A DNA stretch of 56,293 bases from a virus (Duplodnaviria > Caudoviricetes): positions 1 through 56,293 of IMG/VR virus record IMGVR_UViG_3300035670_000258. One strand, given 5' to 3'. A program made the position numbers and the translations under genes. The notes below the pieces were generated by a model that did no database searches, had not been told where the DNA came from, and was given only the letters and a program-made list of their open reading frames with translations. This document shows, one piece after another, positions 17,149-27,000 of this stretch. Numbering within the stretch: the first letter of the stretch is position 1; the number at the start of each line of letters is the position of its first letter.

Positions 17149-19644
17149 ATGCCAATTAATCAAAACCAATTAGACGCTATAAATAAAAGTTTGCTAGAAA
17201 TGGCAAACTTAAAGAATAAGATTTCCTCAGATTTTAAATCTTATCTAGACAGCGTTAAGCAGTTAGCTGTACTACAAGAGAACATAAAATACCTTGAAGA
17301 TAATATAGGTAAATTAACTCAAAAAACAGCAGATGCTCTAGCTGAAAAAAACAGGTTACAAACTAATTTTAATAATGCGGTAGCATCTGGTATACAACAA
17401 GATATAGATGCAGCTAAAGCCGCATTAAAAGCAGGTAAGGAGGCACATAAAGCAGCTAAATTAACTGAAAAGGATAACATAAACAAATTAAACTCATTAA
17501 GAGAGGAAAAAGATTTATTAGCTGGTATAGTCAAAGAAGCTAATTTAGCTAATTTAGCGTATGTTGAAACGGGTAAGATTTGGAACAAATTACCTGGCTT
17601 AGCTAAAAGTTTTTATCGAGAAATTAGAGATTTAGCTGCGGTTCAGATGTCCAAGGACATTAAACAAGCTGAACTCAGTATGGGTATATTGGGTAAACAG
17701 TCCCAATACTTCTCCAAAGGTATCTCTAAAGCATCAGAAAGTACCATACAATTAGGTTTCGGTATCAGCGATATTGCTAAATCGCAAGCCGATTATTCTG
17801 AAGAGATAGGTAGGTCATCCATGATGACTGAGCTTGGTATGCAAGCTATGGCTGAAATGGCCAAAGGTACAACGTTGGGTGTCGAAGGAGCTGCCTCTAT
17901 GGCGGCTGATATGGAGAGATTCGGGGTCAGCGTTGAGGGGTCAAGGGATTTGGTTCAAGAGACCGTTGACATAGCCGCTAAGATGGGTGTCAACTCTACC
18001 AAAGCTATAAAGGAGCTTACCAAGAACCTTAAAGTAGCTCAGACCTTCCATTTTAAGGGTGGCATCAGGGGAATGGCTGAAATGGCCTCATATGCGGCCA
18101 AAATGAAGGTTGATTTGAATGGATTAACTGGTATGGCTGATAAGGTCTTCAGACCAGAAGGGGCTGTTGAGATGTCGGCCAGATTGCAGACTATGGGCGG
18201 GGCGTTTGCTCGACTTGGGAATCCGTTTGAATTGATGTTCAAAGCAAGGAACGACTTTGCCGCGTTCACAAAGGATGTGGCCAGTGCGACAGCCGAATTG
18301 GCCCAGTTCAACGAATCATCTGGTGAATTTGAGATAAGTGGATTGCAGTTGGATAGATTAAGAGAGATTGCCACCATAACGGGAATCGGTGCCGATCAAT
18401 TATCAGAGATGGCAAAAGCTGGAGCTAAGTTCAATCGTATAAAATCATTAATACCAGGTACGTTTAACGAAGAGGACCAAGAATTGATATCTTCGTTGGC
18501 TGAAATGAAAGATGGCCAATATAAGGTACGGATTGACGGTCAGGACTTGATGTTAAACGAAATAAGCCAATTACAATTAGAGACGTTCAAAAAACAAAAG
18601 GGTGATTTGGCCGAAAGGGCTAAACAAGCTCAAACATTCGATGATGCGTTCACCAATCTGGTAAACCAGTTCAAATCGGTGTTATTACCATTTGTCGAAG
18701 AGCTTAATAAATACTTTGTACCAGCATTGATTGATTTTACCAAGAAGTTAATTGATGAAGGTTGGATAGATAAAATGAAAAGTATTGCAGCCGATGTCGG
18801 TAAACTGGTTGTCGGCATCGGAAAATTTGCGACGACAATTATTGACACTTTTGGGGTTGGTGGTACCGTGTTAGCAGCTGCATTAACAACGGCTGTGCTT
18901 AATGGCGCAAAATGGTATGCTCAAGGTGTACAGCTAGGGTTAGGCTTTAATACCGTAGCCAGAGCTGGTGGTGGTAACTCTGGTCCACTCGGTACTAATA
19001 TCGGGCCAGGTGCGAAATCGATTAAGGGTATCGGAGGTAATATTATGAGGGCTGGTGCAACTAAGTCAGTGATTGGTGGTGGTATATTGAGTGGTATAAT
19101 TTCTGGCGGTATGGAATATAGCGAACAAAAGGAAAAGGGTAAAAGTGAATCAAGCGCGATTGGTCGTGGGGCGTTAAAAGCTGCTGGATCTGGTATCGGT
19201 GCTTGGGGTGGGGCGGCAACAGGCGCGGCGTTAGGTGCAATGGCTGGTCCGTTAGGTGTACCTATCGGTGCGCTAATAGGCGGTGGATTAGGTGCCATTG
19301 GTGGTGGCTATCTAACCGATCTCGACACTTACGGTGTTGATGACGCAGTTGTCAAGTTCAATCCACAGGATAAAATTGTATCAATGAGTGATGGAATGGT
19401 TGCATCTACCAACAAAGGAAAAATTGATGACCTTGTTGGCGGTGGTGGCGCTATGAAATCACAGAAAATTGAGTTTGGAAAGCTAGAGATATCAGGTACT
19501 ATAAAGTTAGAAATGCCTGGCAATCTTGTGTCTTCAATTGACTTGGCCAATGAACCAGAATTTGTCAGAAAACTATCAACTTTAATATCACAACAGACAA
19601 GAATTAACTTATCTGGAGGTAAATTGTCGCCAAATCCATATTAA
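17149..19644 (+). CDS. Tape measure protein
   Basis: 831 aa, helical Ala/Lys-rich with a Gly-rich hydrophobic C-terminal region (GAWGGAATGAALGAMAGPLG); downstream of the chaperones. Confidence 0.85.
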   Translation: MPINQNQLDAINKSLLEMANLKNKISSDFKSYLDSVKQLAVLQENIKYLEDNIGKLTQKTADALAEKNRLQTNFNNAVASGIQQDIDAAKAALKAGKEAHKAAKLTEKDNINKLNSLREEKDLLAGIVKEANLANLAYVETGKIWNKLPGLAKSFYREIRDLAAVQMSKDIKQAELSMGILGKQSQYFSKGISKASESTIQLGFGISDIAKSQADYSEEIGRSSMMTELGMQAMAEMAKGTTLGVEGAASMAADMERFGVSVEGSRDLVQETVDIAAKMGVNSTKAIKELTKNLKVAQTFHFKGGIRGMAEMASYAAKMKVDLNGLTGMADKVFRPEGAVEMSARLQTMGGAFARLGNPFELMFKARNDFAAFTKDVASATAELAQFNESSGEFEISGLQLDRLREIATITGIGADQLSEMAKAGAKFNRIKSLIPGTFNEEDQELISSLAEMKDGQYKVRIDGQDLMLNEISQLQLETFKKQKGDLAERAKQAQTFDDAFTNLVNQFKSVLLPFVEELNKYFVPALIDFTKKLIDEGWIDKMKSIAADVGKLVVGIGKFATTIIDTFGVGGTVLAAALTTAVLNGAKWYAQGVQLGLGFNTVARAGGGNSGPLGTNIGPGAKSIKGIGGNIMRAGATKSVIGGGILSGIISGGMEYSEQKEKGKSESSAIGRGALKAAGSGIGAWGGAATGAALGAMAGPLGVPIGALIGGGLGAIGGGYLTDLDTYGVDDAVVKFNPQDKIVSMSDGMVASTNKGKIDDLVGGGGAMKSQKIEFGKLEISGTIKLEMPGNLVSSIDLANEPEFVRKLSTLISQQTRINLSGGKLSPNPY

Positions 19645-19680
19645 CTTTTAGCTTGTTGAAAAAAAAATGAGTCATCACTG

Positions 19681-19710
19681 TTGACTTTCGGTTTTTTATC
19701 AGTAACTTTG
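19681..19710 (+). promoter_or_regulatory. Host-type promoter
   Basis: TTGACT-N16-TAACTTTG (TAnnTTTG). Confidence 0.55.
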
Positions 19711-19720
19711 TGTTGTCTCA

Positions 19721-19805
19721 AGGGGGGATAAGGGGGGTCAGAGTATATATATATATTATAAATAATTATAATTAAATATATAATTAATATATTAATTAAT
19801 TAATA
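19721..19805. other. G6-N4-G6 tract followed by a 62-nt A/T-only stretch (candidate origin / DNA-unwinding element)
   Basis: AGGGGGGATAAGGGGGG at 19721-19737; no G or C from 19744 to 19805. Confidence 0.45.
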
Positions 19806-19812
19806 CATAACT

Positions 19813-19962
19813 ATGGATAAAAATATTTTTAATGGGGGTTCTATGCCTTCTATCGAAGAAACGGTAATGTTATTGGATATTTTGAAACAGATGAAGAATC
19901 AATATCCAAATGACCAAGAGTTCGGAAAATTTGTTAGGTCATTTTTAAATAACTTAAAATAA
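19813..19962 (+). CDS. Small hypothetical protein (49 aa)
   Basis: Manual translation MDKNIFNGGSMPSIEETVMLLDILKQMKNQYPNDQEFGKFVRSFLNNLK; below the track cutoff. Confidence 0.6.
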   Translation: MDKNIFNGGSMPSIEETVMLLDILKQMKNQYPNDQEFGKFVRSFLNNLK

Positions 19963-20011
19963 CTAAAAAATTTCATTCTGATATTTACAGCTATAGGATG
20001 TTAATTATCAG

Positions 20012-23000
20012 ATGGGTTTATTAGATTCAGAATTAATAAAAGAAACTAGGGATAGGTTATTAAGACGTAACATAGTCTCAAAAACCGTTGAAAATAACGG
20101 TTTATCAAGTCTATTGTACAGTATAGGTAAACCTGCCGCTATAGATGGGATACCACCAAACATAATTGACAGTGAGGATTTAGAGGATATAGGTTCAACT
20201 GTACGTGATTTCCTTTTAGTTAAGAACAAATACATTGCAACACCAATAGAATATGAAAGAATTTCAATTGACACCACATCTACTGATATCACATCCCAAT
20301 ATCCAGACTATCTGGAGCGCATGGCAGGTTTGGTGGGAGGCAATCCTTCAAGTAACGCTAGCAGCGTCATCAATGGTGTTTTAGGTGGATTAGTACCAAA
20401 ATACTCAGTAGGGGGTGGAAACCCTTTATTTGACGTAACATCGATACTAGGTGGTCGTAACCCAAGTAATGAGACCCCATTGGGAGTTATAGGCGCAAAC
20501 CAATTAGGTTTTGCAATACAAGTAAATTCAGCATTCAATCTTTATGAAGAGACTATTGGTACGATAAACACCAATCCGATAAGTTTATTGATGGGAAACC
20601 CTATAGTATTCCCTAATTATAAAATCACGGTAGCTAAAGGTACTGGTGGGGTTATATTAGATTATGCTGAGAGGATATTAGGTTTCAACACTCCTGTTAG
20701 TCTGTTGGATAGTTCCTCATCCATATTCTATACTGAATCTGGTGATATAACCAACGTTATCAGGGCTAATAATATGTTAGCCAATACAGGTAAGGGTCAA
20801 GTCAGTGCTTTATTCTGGTTATTAAAAGAGAATAAAAAGTACAGGCCAGCATATAGAGATTCTAGAGACCCTAATGGTGGTGTTAACGGCGATTTATATG
20901 CGTTCCAATATGGCCAGAACGATAGTGACAAAGGATATATCATAGATATGTTAAATGGGCCTGATAATAACCCCATTTCCAAGAGTAACTATGACTTACA
21001 GAATATGGTCAGAGATTCTGGATTCAGAAGTATCAATGATATACCGAAAATAGATGATGCCACATACGGTGATGTTGACGGGCAGTTATATAGTGCCCAA
21101 TCTGATTTTACATGGGAACCATATACACCATTACCATCAAACTTCAGTGAAAAATCAATATTGAGTAAAACAAAGCGATTGTTTGAATCAGGTAAACTTA
21201 ATTGGAACACAATTGACCCAGCGATTATACAGTCAAAAACCGAAATTAATAGTGCTGTATACGATAAAAATGGTCAAGGGTACATGCCCAATGGTAGTGG
21301 TAGTATAAAATTCAACGGTATCACACCTGAATCCGACCCGCAGAAGATGTTTTTCAGGACGTTTAACAAGGTTAAACAGTATGATAGGGTAAAACGGTTA
21401 CAGAAACATTCTGGAGTCAACCTAGACGCTGGTGTTAGCGTAAAAAAAGATGCCACGTTTTCAGTTTTGGATAATAACGGGTTTGTTAAAATCGCACCAT
21501 ATTCTGAAAATATAGTTCAACAATCATCATCGCAACTACCCTCAAGTGATGTTAAGAAATATATGTTCTCTATTGAAAACTTAGCTTGGCATGGTTATAC
21601 CAGTAATCTGATACCAGAGGAGGTAGGTAATGGTGACCCGATAAGCGGTCGTAAAGGTAGAATAATGTGGTTCCCTCCTTATGATTTATCATTCACCGAT
21701 AATACTTCTGTAAATTGGGAAAAGACTGATTTCATCGGTAGAGGTGAACCTATATACACATACAATAACACCACTAGAACTGGTAATCTACAGTTTAAGA
21801 TAATAATTGACCACCCGTCTTACGTTAATAGTTTGAAGGGTGAGAGTGATGATTTGATAAATTCACTGTTCACAGGTGGATTTGAGGTTGATAAGCGCGT
21901 AATAAACCGATTGACGGCAGATGAACAAGCGGCCACAGATTTGGCGTTTAACCAAGCAATAGATAAAGTTAATAATACACCTCAATCTGAGCCAAGTTCG
22001 TTTAATATATATTTTCCTTTTGAAACGACCACACTACAAGGTATAAACTATGCTACTGGTGGTTACGAAAGCGGTTTATTACCACCACCGTTCTCACCAC
22101 AGGAAGTGCCAAATCCGTCAAATCCTAATGGTAGCGGGTCTACATTTTCTTGGACTACCGATGGTGGTATCACATACATTACTGAAACTAATTTTGGTTT
22201 AAATTCTAATCTACCTGTCGCATTGAATGAATTGAACCAAAATAATTGGTACGACACATGTCCAGCTTGTAAAATAATAGTAACAAGCTATGGGCATTAT
22301 TTAGAAGATATAGAAGAATTAGATAAAAGAAATAGTACTGTAAGAACTTGGTTTAACTTCTTTTATGGTTGGGATAATGATACGATAAACATAGATAAAC
22401 GATATAGTTTAAAAATAGGCGGATTAGACTCAAACGCCACTACTTATAACCCTAATACTAGATATTCTAAAGAAAAAAGTTATACCACAATAGAATTTAA
22501 ATGGAACGCTGAATTAGCTGAAGAATTAAATCCTAATACCACACCCAAGATAGCTGACCCATTAGGTGACACAAATGTGAGTAGAACCATAAATGAACGT
22601 ATTAAGAGTCGATTCTATACTGAAGAAGGTTACTTCAGAAAACTTGAGCAAGAAGATAAGTTTGTTTATGATTCTTTGAGCCAAAAGATAGGTTTCTTCC
22701 ACCCATCATTCCACTCAATAACTCCAGAGGGTTTCAACTCAAGGCTCACATTCTTACAACAATGTACAAGGCAAGGTCCAACGGTCTATCAGAAAGGCGA
22801 TGAGAATGGTCCAACATTTGATTTGAATCGAGAATCTGACAGTTTGAGTCCAGATAACTTAGCTTTTGGTCAACCACCTGTATGTATACTCAGGTTGGGT
22901 GATTTCTATTATACCAAAATTATCATAGATTCGGTCAACTTCAGTTTTGACCCCTTGGTTTGGGATTTGAATCCAGAAGGCATAGGTGTGCAACCTATGA

Positions 23001-23701
23001 TATGTACGGTAGACTTGAACTTTGCATTTATAGGAGGCTCCAGTCTACAAGGACCATTAAGCAAATTACAGAATGCTGTGACTTATAACTTCTTTGCCAA
23101 TACTCAGACATATAGTCCACAATCTAATTATCCTTTTGATTATACAACCATAGTAGGTGGAGGTGATAGTTCGGTTAGTGTTAGTAACACTGGAATCGGT
23201 GGTGGCATATACCCAACAACAATTGTTACAGACACGACCCAGTCTTCCGATAAAGAGGGTATTGATGTGAATAACACTAATCAGTCCGAAACGGATCAAG
23301 CGAAACAAGCTGAGGTTGTTAATGGGCCAACAACACCACCCGTTAGTGAATCGACCACATTAAGCGATTTCGACCGTCTAACTATAACTAATGCGTTTTG
23401 GGAGGATGATGTGCTTAGATTTAACATCGGTAGACGAGACGGTACTGATAATTCAGCTTTGAGCAGGGGATACTCTTTAAAAATAAGTGTAAATAACTCC
23501 GTTGATTTAATAGGTTCCCCCACAATAAATTATAAGACTCAGGTTTTAAGCGCAACTGATTTGAATCAACAGTATTCGTTAGGAATACTCGATATGGTCG
23601 ATACCACTATAATATCAAAAGATTATCCAGTTGGGTCAACTGACTTAACTGTACAATTTATTGATACTGATTATAAACTGACCTCAAAGATTCAACAATA
23701 G
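20012..23701 (+). CDS. Large baseplate / tail-tube initiator protein
   Basis: SFTDNTSVNWEKTDFIGRGEPIYTYNNTTRTGNLQF and PPVCILRLGDFYYTKIIIDSVNFSFD..P.ICTVDLNFAFIGG look like two halves of a tube-initiator fold; follows the tape measure. Confidence 0.7.
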   Translation: MGLLDSELIKETRDRLLRRNIVSKTVENNGLSSLLYSIGKPAAIDGIPPNIIDSEDLEDIGSTVRDFLLVKNKYIATPIEYERISIDTTSTDITSQYPDYLERMAGLVGGNPSSNASSVINGVLGGLVPKYSVGGGNPLFDVTSILGGRNPSNETPLGVIGANQLGFAIQVNSAFNLYEETIGTINTNPISLLMGNPIVFPNYKITVAKGTGGVILDYAERILGFNTPVSLLDSSSSIFYTESGDITNVIRANNMLANTGKGQVSALFWLLKENKKYRPAYRDSRDPNGGVNGDLYAFQYGQNDSDKGYIIDMLNGPDNNPISKSNYDLQNMVRDSGFRSINDIPKIDDATYGDVDGQLYSAQSDFTWEPYTPLPSNFSEKSILSKTKRLFESGKLNWNTIDPAIIQSKTEINSAVYDKNGQGYMPNGSGSIKFNGITPESDPQKMFFRTFNKVKQYDRVKRLQKHSGVNLDAGVSVKKDATFSVLDNNGFVKIAPYSENIVQQSSSQLPSSDVKKYMFSIENLAWHGYTSNLIPEEVGNGDPISGRKGRIMWFPPYDLSFTDNTSVNWEKTDFIGRGEPIYTYNNTTRTGNLQFKIIIDHPSYVNSLKGESDDLINSLFTGGFEVDKRVINRLTADEQAATDLAFNQAIDKVNNTPQSEPSSFNIYFPFETTTLQGINYATGGYESGLLPPPFSPQEVPNPSNPNGSGSTFSWTTDGGITYITETNFGLNSNLPVALNELNQNNWYDTCPACKIIVTSYGHYLEDIEELDKRNSTVRTWFNFFYGWDNDTINIDKRYSLKIGGLDSNATTYNPNTRYSKEKSYTTIEFKWNAELAEELNPNTTPKIADPLGDTNVSRTINERIKSRFYTEEGYFRKLEQEDKFVYDSLSQKIGFFHPSFHSITPEGFNSRLTFLQQCTRQGPTVYQKGDENGPTFDLNRESDSLSPDNLAFGQPPVCILRLGDFYYTKIIIDSVNFSFDPLVWDLNPEGIGVQPMICTVDLNFAFIGGSSLQGPLSKLQNAVTYNFFANTQTYSPQSNYPFDYTTIVGGGDSSVSVSNTGIGGGIYPTTIVTDTTQSSDKEGIDVNNTNQSETDQAKQAEVVNGPTTPPVSESTTLSDFDRLTITNAFWEDDVLRFNIGRRDGTDNSALSRGYSLKISVNNSVDLIGSPTINYKTQVLSATDLNQQYSLGILDMVDTTIISKDYPVGSTDLTVQFIDTDYKLTSKIQQ

Positions 23702-23716
23702 TAAATAATTAAAACC

Positions 23717-24031
23717 ATGGCATATTTCGACAGATACGAGCAGTTCAGAGAAAACGGTACGGTTAAACCCGTGCCAGGTATTCAAATACCTATAATACCC
23801 ACAGATAAAGCAATTGTTTATAAAACTGGCCAGACAAGACTTGATAAATTGAGTCAGAAGTATTATAATAATCCATATCATGGATTTTTGATAATGGCAG
23901 CGAACCCACAGTTTGGTGGTCTAGAGTTCAATATACCTGATAGGGCTGTTATACGAGTGCCTTTTCCGTTTGACAGTGCGATTGAAAGATATATAGGTGA
24001 AGTAGATAAATATAAGAATTTATACGGTTAA
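23717..24031 (+). CDS. Baseplate LysM-like wedge protein (gp53/gpX-like)
   Basis: TRLDKLSQKYYNNPYHGFLIMAANP...IRVP. Confidence 0.8.
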   Translation: MAYFDRYEQFRENGTVKPVPGIQIPIIPTDKAIVYKTGQTRLDKLSQKYYNNPYHGFLIMAANPQFGGLEFNIPDRAVIRVPFPFDSAIERYIGEVDKYKNLYG

Positions 24032-24034
24032 TTT

Positions 24035-27000
24035 ATGGCAAATAATGATGAGAATCAAGTTATATTGGTCAACCCAAACAACGCATTGGGCAAGAAAGGG
24101 TTACCTCTTGACTTCAAAACGTCTCAACCAGATGACTTGACGATTTATGTTGAACTTACGACTCAAAAAAGAAGTAGGAGTAAAATTGTCGATGAAGGTA
24201 ATCGCGGATTCAACGAAAACATTGACGGGAGTAAAGGTAAAATAAATTTCATATCTGGAAGTGACTTCGATGGTAAAAACAAATCTTTAACCACTAGTTA
24301 TACCGATATATCTTCAGCATCATTAAAATCTAATGGTGAAGACTTAGAAGGTTTCGGAATTGAGTCAATTGATATTACTTTTGATACCGCGTATACGCCT
24401 TTGATAAAAATCAAATTTGTCGATGTAAGAGGCGGTATGTTTCAGAGGGGTAATGACTCAAAATACTCCGTATTTTTCGAACTACCCTATCCATTATTCA
24501 ATCTTAAGGTTAAAGGTTACTACGGTAGGACGGTCTCATATTGTTTACATTTAGTAAAGTGGAATGCGTTATTTAATTCTAACACAGGTAATTTTGAAAT
24601 TGACGCAGAATTCATTGGATATACCTTCGCAATACTCACAGATTTACTTATAGGTTATTTAAGAGCCATTCCGTATGTTAGAGGTGACGGTGACAATGCT
24701 TTCAAAAGTGTGAAAGATAGGTATGAAGCTGATTTAATTTCATCGGGTGATTTAGCTGGTAATCAAGTTATAACGATTGACGATATGTTCAGAATCATAT
24801 CTGATTTTCAGTCAAACCTGAATGCTATTAACAAGAACTCTGATGCTTTTAGAAAGTTGGTTAACGTTAAAAAATCCGTAGACGCTATCAATAATATAAA
24901 AAAACGAAACAGTGAATTTCTTTTTGAGTTACAAAAAGAAAACAACAACATACCCGCTAACTCTGTTGGTGGTAGTACTATAAGTTCGATTCTTTTTGTT
25001 AAAAATTCTAGCGATGATTATAACAATTATGTTAATGATATGTCAACACTAATCGGTGAACTAGAAAATTTTGTTTCTGGCATAAGCCAAGTTCAGAAAA
25101 ACTTGTTAAAAGATGCAATTGTTACTGATAAAATACTAATATCAGATTTATTTGATGCTGGTAGTACGCCAGATAACGTAATTCTAGTTAACAACCCTTC
25201 TGAAGTTATAGTAAATAAAGTGATTACGTCTAACACCAAGTATGATGTTAATGATTCAAGTGATGCCAATAGATTAAGAAATATCATTAAAAGTATAGAA
25301 GAGGGTATATATAAAAACCCTAGTAACCTAAAGTTATCAGAAACAGGATTCTACGTTTATGATTTTTATAAGTTTGATAAAACGATAAACAATGTAATCG
25401 ACATTAATAGTAAGGTGCAGTCGAATCTGATTGTACAATACCAAGAAGAACTTAGAGGTAAATTAAAAACCGTTTATGATTTTAATCCTTCAGTACAGAA
25501 TATAATCAGAATATTGATGGCTTCGGCTGAAACATTTTTAATTGCGGTTCAGAAAGTTGCAGAAAGGGCGAGTAAAAATGATTTAAGAAGAGAAACCTTA
25601 AAAAATATATTAACTGTTAATAGAAACGATGGATTATCGGATATACCTTTATCTGATGACACCATATACCCTTTTCCGTTATATGTGGAGAAAGTAACTG
25701 AAGGTAGCAAATCACAATTAGAGGAGGCTTGGATTGGTGGTAATCAAAAAATTGATACGGCTGTAGTGGATGAGATAGAATTTACTGAAAAGTTATTAGT
25801 CCAATTAGTGGAAAGAAAGGTCGCTGATATTAATAGAGAAGTCGATTTCGATAACTCTTCGTCTTGGTTTAGTGTGAACCCGTTAGATTCGAATATTTTT
25901 TTAAGCAGCCAGAACCCCTATTTCAAACTAAATAGAACTGCTAATAGCCCTGATGAATACATGAGGTTATTGATGTATAGAACTTTCACATATTTGGGCT
26001 TAACAAACCCGTATGATAAGCTTTTAGATGAAAACTCGCTAAAGTATATGGCATATGTTGAAGCTAACAATTTGTTTTACGGGTTCCCTAAAGCTGATTA
26101 CAATACAGCAACGGTAAAAACTAAAACTAGTTTATATGATAACTATAAAGATGCAGATTCTATAATAAATCATTGGTTAACTGGTTCTGATAAGATAAAA
26201 AACATATACGGTAGGTCTGAAAAAATACCATATATCAACAAAAATACGGATGGATATGTATATGACTATGTTAGACAAGTTGTCGGAACCTCTGGTGATA
26301 GTGTATCATATATACCGATTTCTGGTGAGTATTCAGGCCAAGTGTTCTTTGATGGAGCTAAAATTAAGACGCCAGCAGAATTAAGGTCGATTGATAATAT
26401 CGATTTCTTAGGTAATTATATAAATTGTTCTGGTTCAACTGGCGTTAAAACGAATGATAATGCTAAATATCTGGAAATTATACCGTATGCGAGGTATACG
26501 ACTTTAGGCTCAAGCTTTGAGTTACCTACTAGCCGATTAGGTGATTTGGTGGCTGAAGATAGTGATTACAATAAGAACATAAAAGGTAAGAAAATTGAGC
26601 AATCGAGCTTAAATACTGATAACGCGACTACTACATTCGATACGCTTTCATATGAGTTTTACAGTAATCAGTTTTTTAACATTAAATCCGATGAGCAACG
26701 ATTACAAGAGATTGAAAGCGTTAATGAGTCTGATTTGTCTGCTGCATTCATACTTAATACCAATAAAGGTACTAGGTTAGGTTTGGCGAATAAAGATGAT
26801 GGCCAAAATGTCAAATACTATAATGGTATTATTAATCAGTCGAATGTTGATATCATATTAAAAACGGTATCGTTCGTATCTAATAATGATTACAATGATG
26901 GTGTACCACCAGAAATAAGTTTATTCGGTAGCCCTTTATATTATGCTCAGAATGCTATACAAGATGAAGAAGTAAGAAATTATGCTAAGGCTTATCTTTT

